DNA from: Promethearchaeota archaeon
GTDB taxonomy: Archaea > Asgardarchaeota > Lokiarchaeia > Sigyniarchaeales > SOKP01
NCBI GenBank assembly: GCA_048938895.1
Contig: JBHLLU010000031.1
Coordinates: 1-48,613 of the forward strand
Direction of reading: 5' to 3'
DNA length: 48,613 nt
The stretch's first letter is position 1; each line of letters opens with the position of its first letter. Position numbers and translations under genes: made by a program. The notes beneath the pieces were generated by a model. That model was not told the DNA's origin and did not search any database. It saw nothing but the letters and a program-made list of their open reading frames with translations. This document shows, piece after piece, positions 35,914-46,202 of the stretch.

Positions 35914-37164
35914 ATAGAACTAAATCCGTTTGAAGTAGCAAAAAAACAAATAGATATAGTCGCAGAAGAGATGAATCTAGATCCAAATGTAACTAAATAT
36001 CTTAAGAGAGTTGAAAGAGCATTAATTGTGAATATACCTATAATAATGGATAATGGAGAACTAAAAGTATTTGAAGGTTATCGAGTACAACATTCAACTG
36101 TAAGGGGTCCAGGAAAAGGTGGTTTGCGATTTTCCCTAAATGTGAACCTCGATGAAGTAAAGGCACTAGCAACGTGGATGACCTGGAAGTGTAGCCTATT
36201 GAAATTACCTTTAGGGGGTGCTAAGGGGGGTATTTGTGTTGATCCAAAAAAACTTTCAAGAAGAGAGTTAGAACGTCTTACAAGAAGATATACAGCGGAG
36301 ATAATTAATTTTATAGGACCAGATATAGATATACCAGCTCCAGATATGAACACAGATGCCCAAATTATGTCTTGGGTCATGGATGTATATAGCATGCAGA
36401 AAGGAAGGGCTGTACCCGGAGTGGTAACTGGAAAACCAATAGAGATTGGAGGATCGGTGGGGAGAAATTCAGCTACAGGAATGGGACTATATTTTGTAAT
36501 TGATGCGATGTGTAATAAGTTAAATACCAAACTAGAATCCCAATCTATTGTCGTTCAGGGATTTGGTAATGTAGGAGGTTGGATTGCAAAGTTATTGTAT
36601 GAACGAGGTTGTAAGATTTTAGCTGTTTCGGATATATCAGGTGGTCTTTATAGCCCAGAAGGCTTAGAAGTAGAAAAATTATTAGAATGGACGCAGAAAG
36701 GAAACTATTTGAAAGATTATAAAGAAGTTAATTATAAATTAATCACTAATACCGAACTTTTAGGAACGAAATGTGATATTTTAATACCTGCTGCTCTTGA
36801 AAATCAAATCACTAAGGAAAATGTTGAGAATATTAATTGTAAAATCATCTTAGAAGGTGCTAATGGACCAACAACTCCTGAAGCAGATCGAGTCTTATTC
36901 GATAAAGGAATATTTGTTATTCCCGATATATTAGCGAATGCAGGAGGCGTTTGTGTTTCCTATTTTGAATACGTGCAAGATATTCAATCCTATTTTTGGG
37001 ATTTAGATAGAATTAATGAAGAGTTAAAGAGAATTTTGATTGAAGCATTTGAGGATGTATATAAAATATTTAAGGAACGTAATATACCACTTCGTACGGC
37101 TGCATATATCCTTGCGGTTTCAAGAATTGCTAAAGCTTACGATTTAAGAGGTATTTTTCCTTAA
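35914..37164 (+). CDS. gdhA: Glutamate dehydrogenase-like, copy 2 (probable ATA start at 35914; ORF-track ATG at 35971)
   Basis: GPGKGGLR, MTWK, GGAKGG, GR.SATG.G and QGFGNVG. The in-frame upstream segment IELNPFEVAKKQIDIVAEE aligns with the N-terminus of copy 1. Confidence 0.92.
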   Translation: MELNPFEVAKKQIDIVAEEMNLDPNVTKYLKRVERALIVNIPIIMDNGELKVFEGYRVQHSTVRGPGKGGLRFSLNVNLDEVKALATWMTWKCSLLKLPLGGAKGGICVDPKKLSRRELERLTRRYTAEIINFIGPDIDIPAPDMNTDAQIMSWVMDVYSMQKGRAVPGVVTGKPIEIGGSVGRNSATGMGLYFVIDAMCNKLNTKLESQSIVVQGFGNVGGWIAKLLYERGCKILAVSDISGGLYSPEGLEVEKLLEWTQKGNYLKDYKEVNYKLITNTELLGTKCDILIPAALENQITKENVENINCKIILEGANGPTTPEADRVLFDKGIFVIPDILANAGGVCVSYFEYVQDIQSYFWDLDRINEELKRILIEAFEDVYKIFKERNIPLRTAAYILAVSRIAKAYDLRGIFP

Positions 37165-37213
37165 TCAAAAATTATTTTAAATCAATTTTAATTACTTTTT
37201 AAGGTAAATTAAC

Positions 37214-38485
37214 ATGGCGGAAATTGAACCTATAGATATTGATTTTTTTTCATCTTTTAAAAGAGATGCTTGTACATTATGTGGTGACTGTTTCAGCAAA
37301 TGTCCTGTACTTAATCTTTCTAAAGATGAATCGATTGCAGAAATGAAGAGATTAATAGATGGAGAAAAAACAAATAGAATCTTATCTGAATGTCAAAGCT
37401 GTTTTTCATGTAATTTTTATTGTCCTGAAGAGGCTCACCCTGCGAGTATAATTTTGCAAAGATGGAACGAACAGTATAAAAAAGAGGGTTTGAGAAAGAG
37501 AGGTGCTTATTATATGACCTTATATCCTCACTATCCTAACTTTCGTTCCTATGTAATGGAGCATCTCCCGAAGAAAACAAAGGAATTAGTATCTTCATGG
37601 GCTTCTTTAGAACCATTGAAAGGAGACACATTAACTTATCCTGGATGTAATATCATCACTTTTGCTGAATTAACACAAACAAGTTTCTTTAAAGATTTAG
37701 ATATCAGAGGTAGATTAGAATACTGTTGCGGTGAAACCTTATTTCGAACAGGATATCGAGAGGAACTATTCCAAGTAACTAAAAGATTAGATAAATGGTT
37801 TGAGACATTAAATCCGAAGAAATTACTAGTTTTATGTACAGCGGGAACTAATGTGTTTAAAAATGTACTTCCTCATTATGGACTTACATATAAATTTGAA
37901 GAAATTAAATCGTACATAGAATATATTTGGGATGAATTGGAAAGCGGAAATATTGAAATAAAAAAACAATTAGGTATTTCTGTGGCAATACAAGATTCTT
38001 GCTATTCAAAAATGTTTGGGGATAAATACATGGATTTACCACGAAAGATTCTAAAAGCTATAGGTGTAGAAGTAATAGAAATTGGAGCTTGTAGGGAGAA
38101 TATGAGATGCTGTGGTATAGGAGCGGGTTTCTCCGTAGATTCTTCCTATCAACCATTTAAAATTAGATCATCAGCTCTTAGAAATTTTAAAGAATTTAAA
38201 AAGACTAAAACCAAAGCTGTTTGTGTTTATTGCGCTGGATGTTTAGCAACGTTTACAGCTAACAAAAAACTTTATGCAAGAAAAATAAAAGTTTATCACA
38301 TCATAGAATTACTACAGATGGCATTAGGAGAAGAACCCTCCCTTACAAAAAGAATAAAGAAAAAAAGGGCAAGCCATTTCTTTTGGGGGACTATACGGAA
38401 ACAAGTTCCAAGGATTTTTTCTAAAAAAACTTTTAAAATAACTGAAATTCCTGAAAATCTACCAAATTACGGAGATGCTTGGTGA
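37214..38485 (+). CDS. HdrD/GlpC-like Fe-S oxidoreductase (2x[4Fe-4S] plus CCG domains)
   Basis: CTLCGDCFSKCP, CQSCFSCNFYCP, YPGC, CCG, QDSC, CCG and CAGC. Confidence 0.88.
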   Translation: MAEIEPIDIDFFSSFKRDACTLCGDCFSKCPVLNLSKDESIAEMKRLIDGEKTNRILSECQSCFSCNFYCPEEAHPASIILQRWNEQYKKEGLRKRGAYYMTLYPHYPNFRSYVMEHLPKKTKELVSSWASLEPLKGDTLTYPGCNIITFAELTQTSFFKDLDIRGRLEYCCGETLFRTGYREELFQVTKRLDKWFETLNPKKLLVLCTAGTNVFKNVLPHYGLTYKFEEIKSYIEYIWDELESGNIEIKKQLGISVAIQDSCYSKMFGDKYMDLPRKILKAIGVEVIEIGACRENMRCCGIGAGFSVDSSYQPFKIRSSALRNFKEFKKTKTKAVCVYCAGCLATFTANKKLYARKIKVYHIIELLQMALGEEPSLTKRIKKKRASHFFWGTIRKQVPRIFSKKTFKITEIPENLPNYGDAW

Positions 38486-39849
38486 ATATGGTTTCTAGTA
38501 ATAGAATCTCTGCATTTAGAGAAGAATTATGTAATTTATGCGGAGAATGTCTACACCAATGTCCAGTTCTACAATTACCGTTGGAAGTGGCAAAGGAAGA
38601 AGTTAAAAGATTGATTGAAAATGGTGATTCTCAATATGCATTAACTAAATGCAACACATGCTTTTCATGTAACTTATACTGTCCTCAAAATGCTAACCCA
38701 TATCAGTTAATCCTTGAAAGATGGAATGAACTATATAAAAAAAGAGGTGCACCACCATTATATAAATTCGTGTGTCCTACTGAAACTCCAAATATATGGC
38801 AATTGCTTAATATTTTTCTATCTAAACAAGAAAAAATATGGATTTCGAATTGGATGAATTGCAAACCAAAACCAGAAGACAGGCTCTTAATTATTGGAAA
38901 TTATACACACTTATTTCCATTTATTATAGGCGGAAGCAAACTGCTAGATTACTTCAAGCCAGTTGATTTAATAGATCATTGGGAGGGTGGAGCATATCTA
39001 TATCAGGGAGGATATCTTGACGTCGTTCAAAAAATTGCGAATAAGTGTAAAAAAGATTTTGATAGATGGGGTGTTTCAAATATTGCTCATACACTTGACG
39101 CGGTTCAATACATATTTTCAGAAGTGCATCAAAAAGAAATGAAAGTTGAATATCAACAAAATTTCATTAACTTTAATGAATGGATTTTAAATAATATTCA
39201 AAATGGAAGAATACCAATCTCCAATGAATTGGATCTTACCGTAACAATTCATGATAATTGCTATTCGAAGACTCTAAACGGGAAATATTGGGATCCTCCA
39301 AGAAAAATAGTAGAATTGTGCGGTTGTAATATAAAAGAAATGAGACATATTAAAGAGAACTCCCTTTGTTGCGGTTTTGGAGCAGGGGCTTCTTGGGTAA
39401 AAAATCTGGCAATCCCTTTTGATATTATATCAGAGGGAATTAAAAAATTTAATGAAGCTGAAGAAACTAAAGCAAACGCCTTGGTTTCTTATTGCGGGGG
39501 ATGCTTATACCTCTTATGGGCAACTCGGGAATTGATTGGTAGTAAGATTGATATATTTCATATAATTGAGATTGTTAGAATGGCTATGGGAGAACAATTA
39601 GAATATCCCGATCTACATATAAAAAGAGCTTGGGATATAATAACGATTATAACCTATCAATTGATAATTTCTTTATTTCATAGAAATTTCTTCATAAGGA
39701 GAATGAGTTATGATAAAGCCAAAAGCACATTTATACCGAAAAGACTATTTCTACTAAGAACCATCAGATTTTTATTGAGGATTAAAATCATCAGAAAGGT
39801 TTTTAGAAAATTATTCTTGCTCCAGATGAATATTTTAAAGACCAGATAA
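38479..39849 (+). CDS. HdrD/GlpC-like Fe-S oxidoreductase, paralog with a degenerate first CCG domain
   Basis: CNLCGECLHQCP, CNTCFSCNLYCP, HDNC, CCG and CGGC; overlaps the upstream paralog. Confidence 0.88.
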   Translation: MVNMVSSNRISAFREELCNLCGECLHQCPVLQLPLEVAKEEVKRLIENGDSQYALTKCNTCFSCNLYCPQNANPYQLILERWNELYKKRGAPPLYKFVCPTETPNIWQLLNIFLSKQEKIWISNWMNCKPKPEDRLLIIGNYTHLFPFIIGGSKLLDYFKPVDLIDHWEGGAYLYQGGYLDVVQKIANKCKKDFDRWGVSNIAHTLDAVQYIFSEVHQKEMKVEYQQNFINFNEWILNNIQNGRIPISNELDLTVTIHDNCYSKTLNGKYWDPPRKIVELCGCNIKEMRHIKENSLCCGFGAGASWVKNLAIPFDIISEGIKKFNEAEETKANALVSYCGGCLYLLWATRELIGSKIDIFHIIEIVRMAMGEQLEYPDLHIKRAWDIITIITYQLIISLFHRNFFIRRMSYDKAKSTFIPKRLFLLRTIRFLLRIKIIRKVFRKLFLLQMNILKTR

Positions 39850-39884
39850 CTGAAAAAAAAAAAAATAATTTAATCCCTTTTTAT

Positions 39885-40973
39885 TTAGGTACTGGTACCA
39901 TCAACGTCAATATCCCCAGTATTAACGGTTAAATCTAATGTATATGTACTTGATGCTGTGGCATAATCTGATGAGTAAAAGGGATTATAATTTGTTGGAG
40001 AAAAACCACCACCGCTAGAACGGGAATAACTACCTGTATCCCAGCTTCCAAAGAAGCTTGCACCTACACTCGCTAGATTATCTTTATAGATTAAGTCAAT
40101 ACTTCCTGTAGATGTTACTAAGCTACCGGTAATATTAGCATTCATATCAACATATTGATATATTTCCACATCAATGCTTCCTGTACTTGTATCAATATCC
40201 CATACACAATTCTTTCCATATATCATGTTGTAGCTCTTAAATGTTATGCCCCCAGTTGAAGCTTTTATTCTAATATCTTCGCCAATAATACAATTAGTAA
40301 AATTCAAATTCAGGGAACCAGTTGAGGTAACGGTCCTAAAACCATTAGTAAAGTTGATTCCTTTTGAGATTAAACGAATTTTACCGGTACTTGATTCTAA
40401 ATTCAATTTTCCCAAAAAAATACTATTTTTTTCTGCTTGAACAGTTATTGAACCCGTTGAAGCTTCTAGATTTGTATTATTAAGACCAATATTTTCAGGT
40501 ATATTCATTGCAACAGAACCTGTACTCGTAAGCGCTGAAATCTCATATATTATATCAGTTCTCAAGGTTATGGAAATATTAATTTTATTTATCATAAAGA
40601 GTGTAAACCATTGCTTTTTTTCAAGTGAGAAAGTTGTGATAGCTATACTATTATTTACCCATGTAAGGGTAAACAAATCAGAAAATGATTTATCAGCCAT
40701 AAAAGCTCCTCTCACTTCAACATCAAGGTTTAACTTTACATAGATATCTGTGGGTGTGGTATTATAACTGATAGTTATACTCCCTATATCACTATTGAAA
40801 CTCACTTCTTCTATGCCTGAAGGAGCTACGTGGGGATTGTAATAGTAAGTGTTAGAATATTCAAGTTCTCCCCATGTAACAGCTATAATTATACCAAATG
40901 TAACTCCTCCACCAACGATAGCAATTAAGGTAATTAATAAAGCGATTTTTAGACCTTTTCTCATATTATTCAA
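39885..40973 (-). CDS. Membrane-anchored beta-strand-repeat surface protein (DUF4097-like), third family member
   Basis: N-terminal TM; repeated (T/A/S)STG(S/K/G)(I/V/L) units; YKD....VGA.F shared with 24549 and 27531. Confidence 0.7.
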   Translation of the reverse strand: MNNMRKGLKIALLITLIAIVGGGVTFGIIIAVTWGELEYSNTYYYNPHVAPSGIEEVSFNSDIGSITISYNTTPTDIYVKLNLDVEVRGAFMADKSFSDLFTLTWVNNSIAITTFSLEKKQWFTLFMINKINISITLRTDIIYEISALTSTGSVAMNIPENIGLNNTNLEASTGSITVQAEKNSIFLGKLNLESSTGKIRLISKGINFTNGFRTVTSTGSLNLNFTNCIIGEDIRIKASTGGITFKSYNMIYGKNCVWDIDTSTGSIDVEIYQYVDMNANITGSLVTSTGSIDLIYKDNLASVGASFFGSWDTGSYSRSSGGGFSPTNYNPFYSSDYATASSTYTLDLTVNTGDIDVDGTST

Positions 40974-41097
40974 CTATTTTTTTTTAATTTTAGCTTAAAA
41001 AAGATTTATTCTCATTCATATTTAAATAAATGTTAGACTGTTTTTTGACATAATACTTTGAAAGGTAAAAATGATAAAAAAAGAATAAATTTTGGAA

Positions 41098-41619
41098 TTA
41101 TAACTTTTCAATTACTAATTTGGCAAAATTTTTAGCATTCTCTAAATCCTCTTGATTTGGTCGTCCTTTTAACCATTCCTGATGTTTTTCTGCTTCTTTT
41201 CTTTTATCTTCTGGTAATCTCTCTAACATTGATTTTCGCATAGCTTCTGGTATCCCTATATTATCACCACAACAATCAAATTCAGCAATAATTTCAGAAG
41301 ACTCGTCCATATTTTTCTTTACTACTTTAAAACCATCTTGATAAGCCACTTTACTTGCATGCGTATTAAAAAATACAAATTTCGGTGGTAGTTTTGGAGC
41401 AGCTACCAATAAATCTACAAGTGCTTTATTAACCCTGCTAGCATAGATACCAGAGCCTAAGAAAATTAAATCATAATTATTCAATATTGTTGGATCTACA
41501 TCTTTAACAGGCTTTAAATCTACATTTTGCCCTTGACATCCTTTATAAATGCTTTTCGCTACTTTTTCTGTATTTCCTGTTTGGGAATAGTATGTTATTA
41601 AAATTTTCATGTTTAGCAT
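41098..41619 (-). CDS. Flavodoxin-like protein
   Basis: YYSQTGNTEKVAK, YDLIFLGSGIY and P...DL..AK.FA. Confidence 0.88.
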   Translation of the reverse strand: MLNMKILITYYSQTGNTEKVAKSIYKGCQGQNVDLKPVKDVDPTILNNYDLIFLGSGIYASRVNKALVDLLVAAPKLPPKFVFFNTHASKVAYQDGFKVVKKNMDESSEIIAEFDCCGDNIGIPEAMRKSMLERLPEDKRKEAEKHQEWLKGRPNQEDLENAKNFAKLVIEKL

Positions 41620-41681
41620 CCAATTCTAACAAAAATTAAGATTTGTAATTTGAGAAATGAGTATTTAATTTTTGAATATTT

Positions 41682-42590
41682 CTAATTTTCAATTTTCAAA
41701 TTGAAAAATCTTATAGCATTTTCAACAGTTTTTTCACTTATCATTTTTTGTGGTACATTATGAGAGAAAGCTATGGCCGAAATTGCATATCTCACATTTC
41801 CAGGTACATTTATTGGTCCTCTTTTATATGGGTGTTGATAATAAGAATCTGTTTCAGTTACTAAAGATTCTACAGGACTATTTTGAGTAACTCTTCGCCA
41901 TCTATTAAAACCATAAGCAGAACTAGGTACAGAAAGAGTAAATCCTTGTTGAGGTAACATTCTACCATACTCATCAGGACCAGAAAAACAATGCCACATA
42001 ACTCTCTTAGGATCCACATTATATCTTTTTATTATTTTGAGTATTTCTTTATTTACTCCATCACTTTTATTGAATCGATGTTTAGGATTATCTTTATCAA
42101 ATTCATGTTCTGCGGCATTCCTTACATGTAAGACATAGGGTTTATCAAAATCTATTGTTAATTTTATTATCTCCTTGAAAACTTGTATCTGTTTTTCTCG
42201 TTTTTCTAAAGTTCTGGCATGATGAAAATCTAATCCAATCTCACCTATTGCCAGATATTTTTCTTGATTATTTTGGATAAAATCTACCCATTTTTTCCAC
42301 TCATCGTAATATTTGTCTTTAGGTGTATATGTCACTGTTTGAGGTGCCCAACCACAGGTAAAACCAAAATTTTTTTGATTTTTTTGCATGAAAGCTAATG
42401 TTTGGTTTAGTGTTTGCATGTCTATAGTACTAGTGATTAAAAACTGCCCTCCTAGGTTAAAATAATTTAAGATCTGCTCCTCATTAGATGGTAAGCGATC
42501 ATTTTTTGGTCGGGGAAAAGGTAAATGGCAATGAACATCAATAAACTTCAAATTTTCTTCTGGTTCTGGTAAATTAATCTTTTTAGACAT
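41682..42590 (-). CDS. tatD: TatD family nuclease/hydrolase
   Basis: IDVHCHL, AIGEIGLDF, LHVR, HCFSG and ETDS. Confidence 0.9.
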   Translation of the reverse strand: MSKKINLPEPEENLKFIDVHCHLPFPRPKNDRLPSNEEQILNYFNLGGQFLITSTIDMQTLNQTLAFMQKNQKNFGFTCGWAPQTVTYTPKDKYYDEWKKWVDFIQNNQEKYLAIGEIGLDFHHARTLEKREKQIQVFKEIIKLTIDFDKPYVLHVRNAAEHEFDKDNPKHRFNKSDGVNKEILKIIKRYNVDPKRVMWHCFSGPDEYGRMLPQQGFTLSVPSSAYGFNRWRRVTQNSPVESLVTETDSYYQHPYKRGPINVPGNVRYAISAIAFSHNVPQKMISEKTVENAIRFFNLKIEN

Positions 42591-42746
42591 CTTAGCTCGA
42601 ATTTTTCACTATTTTTTCGATTTATTTGAATTTATCTATAGATATAACTTTTTCTTTTGAGAAATCAATAATCTTACCTCAATATTTCTTGATTCAATTA
42701 TTTTATTTAATAATCTTTTAAATAGACTCCTTTATTACTTTATATC

Positions 42747-43160
42747 ATGATTAATCATTTACTTCTAAAACTTGAAGAATTACAACAGAGAAAAAAGGAA
42801 TTACAGCCAAAAATTGATGATCTTAATACTCAAAGAGAAAATGAAATCCAGAATATTCATAAAAAATATGATCATATTATAGCTGATATCAATTATGAAC
42901 TAACTAAAATCGAAAATGATGTTTTTAATAAAATGATTGAATCTTTTGTTAATTTAGTCACTCGAGAATTAGAGGTAAAAAGAAGTAGTTCACTATACAC
43001 TGTTTCTGACGAATTTAAAGAGTATAGGAAAAATATTTCTAAATTAGGAATATTTCCAGAAGATTTAATAAGGAAACTTGATAAAGTTATTGAGGGTAAT
43101 CCAATCGAAGAATTAGTTTATTTAATTGATGATATTAAAACCAAGTACTTAAAAAACTAA
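42747..43160 (+). CDS. Hypothetical coiled-coil protein
   Basis: 137-aa ORF with a heptad-rich N-half. Confidence 0.65.
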   Translation: MINHLLLKLEELQQRKKELQPKIDDLNTQRENEIQNIHKKYDHIIADINYELTKIENDVFNKMIESFVNLVTRELEVKRSSSLYTVSDEFKEYRKNISKLGIFPEDLIRKLDKVIEGNPIEELVYLIDDIKTKYLKN

Positions 43161-43243
43161 TTTTAACATTAAAAATAGAACCAGCATAGATAATATCTAG
43201 GTATTACACTAATACATATGTTTCTTGGATCCCTTGGAGAATA

Positions 43244-43411
43244 ATGAATACAGAAAGTAATAATAACATGGAAATTTTTGAAGAAGAAGTTGAGATATAT
43301 AATTCTAAACTACGCTTGATGTCTTGGCTTTATGATGAATTAAGGCTCCATCCAGATGTACTTAAGGATCTTATCAATGAAAAAGGCCAAAAATTACCAT
43401 TAAACCTTTAA
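43244..43411 (+). CDS. Small hypothetical protein (55 aa)
   Basis: ATG 43244 preceded by GGAGA; MNTESNNNMEIFEEEVEIYNSKLRLMSWLYDELRLHPDVLKDLINEKGQKLPLNL; TAA at 43409-43411. Confidence 0.5.
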   Translation: MNTESNNNMEIFEEEVEIYNSKLRLMSWLYDELRLHPDVLKDLINEKGQKLPLNL

Positions 43412-43428
43412 ACTGATTTATATGAAAG

Positions 43429-43980
43429 TTATAAAATTGAGATTGTTGATTTGATAATCTGATTAACAGCTTTTATTCCCCTCTTAATAGATTCTTTATG
43501 GGGGATATGTATAAATATTACAGGATATTGATATTTTGATATTGAAAGAGCTAAATAATATATATAATTACATAAATAGAATCCGGGTAAATATGATAAT
43601 TTAAGTTCCATTCTATTTCTTAATTTAGAGTAAAGGCTTGAAATATCTAAGGATGTTTTTAACAATAAATTTAACTTATATTTAATAACCCCAAATTTGA
43701 AGTTGTTATCAATATCCTTACCAAACGCAAAATTCCAACTAATACATTCCAAGGAATAATGCTTACTTGATTGGATTCCCATCAAAATTACACATTTGGG
43801 AACCATGTTTGAATTTTGCAATACTCTTTTATATAATCTGATACTTGATTTCCAGCTAACGGGTAAAATTTCTTTTCTAATCTTTAATTCAAAATTATTT
43901 GATTCAAATTCTTGAACAATTAGGCCGCTTACATTATCTCTATAACTTTGGTACGGTCCGAAACCTGTTAAAATTATCAA
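43429..43980 (-). CDS. pcp: Pyroglutamyl-peptidase I (C15)
   Basis: ILTGFGPY, LPVS, LE, G.YLCNYIYY and FIHIP (Glu-Cys-His triad). Confidence 0.85.
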   Translation of the reverse strand: MIILTGFGPYQSYRDNVSGLIVQEFESNNFELKIRKEILPVSWKSSIRLYKRVLQNSNMVPKCVILMGIQSSKHYSLECISWNFAFGKDIDNNFKFGVIKYKLNLLLKTSLDISSLYSKLRNRMELKLSYLPGFYLCNYIYYLALSISKYQYPVIFIHIPHKESIKRGIKAVNQIIKSTISIL

Positions 43981-44069
43981 TTAAATTACCTAAGAATTCT
44001 CGGGATTATAAAATAAAAAAAAAGTATAGGAAATATATGTGAGAAATTTAAGATAATGAGAGTAATATT

Positions 44070-44498
44070 TTAATCTTCAGCTTCTTGTGCTGCCTGTTTG
44101 GCTTTTTCTTTTTCCAAGGCTATTAATTGTTTTTGGAGTGCCTTAATCTCGGTCTGAACAGCCTTAATTTGTGATTTTTTATCAGCCTCAATCTCTTTTA
44201 ATTTTGCATTCAGTGCTTTTTCTTTATCACTTTTGAGATTTAACCATACTTTATTAGCATTTTTAGCTGATGTTATTTTTTCTTTCTTTTTCTGAGACCA
44301 TTCTTCTGTTTTTTGAATAGCCTCATCTCGCAATGCTTCTTCTTCATCAAGCTTTGCTTTTGCTTCTTCTATTTTTGGATCAAATTCTGCTTCAATTTCA
44401 GCTTCTGCCGAACCATCCTTTTTTGAAGCTTCTTCTTCTATTCGTGTAATTTCATCTTCTTTCGCGCTAATTTGACCTCTTATATATTCTTCAGACAT
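44070..44498 (-). CDS. Highly charged coiled-coil protein
   Basis: E/K/A-rich, essentially all helical, 142 aa. Confidence 0.75.
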   Translation of the reverse strand: MSEEYIRGQISAKEDEITRIEEEASKKDGSAEAEIEAEFDPKIEEAKAKLDEEEALRDEAIQKTEEWSQKKKEKITSAKNANKVWLNLKSDKEKALNAKLKEIEADKKSQIKAVQTEIKALQKQLIALEKEKAKQAAQEAED

Positions 44499-44716
44499 TT
44501 TTTTTCATTTATTATGATTATTTGAATTATAACATTACTTGATAATTTTTTTAATTATTCTATTTTAATAAATTCTTGGCTAGTTACTAATGTAATTTGT
44601 TATATTCTCAGAAGTTGTTTATAAACTGCATTATCTAAAATAATATATAATTGAACAAAAATGTTTAAATAATACTTGATTCAAACATCTCATAAAGCTA
44701 ATTAATTTCTATTTAG

Positions 44717-46108
44717 GTGGGAGTTTTAAATATTTCCAAAATCACGTTCAAGCTACGTTCTACCTTAATATTCATTTGTCTCTTTGATATATGTTTTCTT
44801 TCAATATATAGAATCAAACAGACTAATTGTAGAGACTTTGAGACTTTTCCTGAAAATATAAAAGTGAACAATTGGAATGTCAATTCGATTGAAATTATTG
44901 GGAACAATGGGTGGTCAGATTTGGCTACTTCCCAACCTTGGTGCTCTGGATCTGGTTTATGGACTGACCCTTATATCATCGAAAATATCACAATTGATGG
45001 AAACCATGAATTGTGGGAGTGCATTGTGATAAAAGATTCAAATGTGCCCTTTATTATTAAAAATTCAATAATTGTTAATTCTAGCTGTTGTTATCCCTAT
45101 TGGTGCTATTGTGGGATTAGGAAAGGCATAGAGCTAATCAATGTATATAATGGTCAAATCTCAAATAATCAGATAATTTATCATGATTATGGAATAATAA
45201 TGAAAAATTCTGATAACAATACGATTAAAGGAAATATTATTAAAAATAATAATTATGGAATCTCTTTAGAAACTAACAGCTGCAATAACTCTATAGAAAA
45301 TAACTATTTAAAAAACTCTTATGGGCAAACTAAGAGGGGTGTAAGAGTAGGAATTAGAATCACTAATAGTTTTAACAATTCAATAAAGGAAAATTTAATT
45401 TATAATACAGGGGTGGAAGTAAATCCACAAGAAACTAATTTTTATAACTCAAATTTGGTAAATGATAAGAACCTTTATATCTATTATCATCAAAATAATC
45501 TTTCAAATGAAAATTTCATAAATGCAGGTCAAATTATTTTGAAAAATTGCTCAAATTCTAATATCAACGGAATAAACATTTCTTATACATGTGATGGAAT
45601 CATTTTAGAAGATTGCTTTAACATAACTCTAAAAAGCAGCACTTTTGCTCTAAATTGGTTTACGGGAATTTCTTTAAATAACTGTAACAAGATAAATATC
45701 TCTGAATGTTACCTTCCAGGTAATGATCTTGAATTAAAAAATAGCACCCAAAACAAAATAAATTTTAATATTTTAAGAGTCTCAAGCATTCTTTTGGATG
45801 ATAGTCATAATAATAATATTGAATTCAATTTGCTTAACTATACTCCTAATGGGATTAGATTAAATGGGAACTATAATAGAGTAATAAATAATACTATTTG
45901 GACTTATCATAACTGTATTACTGATATCGGTATAGGAAATATTATCGAAAATAATACCTGCATTAAACTAAAATATCCGTCCACTCCAAATAATCCTCAG
46001 AATGTTCTTGTAGGTTATCCTATATTAGTGATAATGGTAATTTCATGGGGTATGATTGCCATTTTCATTTTAAAAATGATGAAAAAGAGATTTAAGAGAT
46101 TAACTTAA
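44717..46108 (+). CDS. NosD/CASH right-handed parallel beta-helix surface protein with C-terminal TM anchor
   Basis: W..GSG...DPYIIENITIDG, repeated GI.L..S.NN.I..N and a C-terminal TM followed by a basic tail. Confidence 0.85.
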   Translation: MGVLNISKITFKLRSTLIFICLFDICFLSIYRIKQTNCRDFETFPENIKVNNWNVNSIEIIGNNGWSDLATSQPWCSGSGLWTDPYIIENITIDGNHELWECIVIKDSNVPFIIKNSIIVNSSCCYPYWCYCGIRKGIELINVYNGQISNNQIIYHDYGIIMKNSDNNTIKGNIIKNNNYGISLETNSCNNSIENNYLKNSYGQTKRGVRVGIRITNSFNNSIKENLIYNTGVEVNPQETNFYNSNLVNDKNLYIYYHQNNLSNENFINAGQIILKNCSNSNINGINISYTCDGIILEDCFNITLKSSTFALNWFTGISLNNCNKINISECYLPGNDLELKNSTQNKINFNILRVSSILLDDSHNNNIEFNLLNYTPNGIRLNGNYNRVINNTIWTYHNCITDIGIGNIIENNTCIKLKYPSTPNNPQNVLVGYPILVIMVISWGMIAIFILKMMKKRFKRLT

Positions 46109-46202
46109 TTTTTCAAAATTTGAAACAACCTTTTTTTAAATTGTATTTTAAATTATTATATCTTTAAGCTAATTAAAAATTATTACAACTAGGTAATAAA
46201 AA

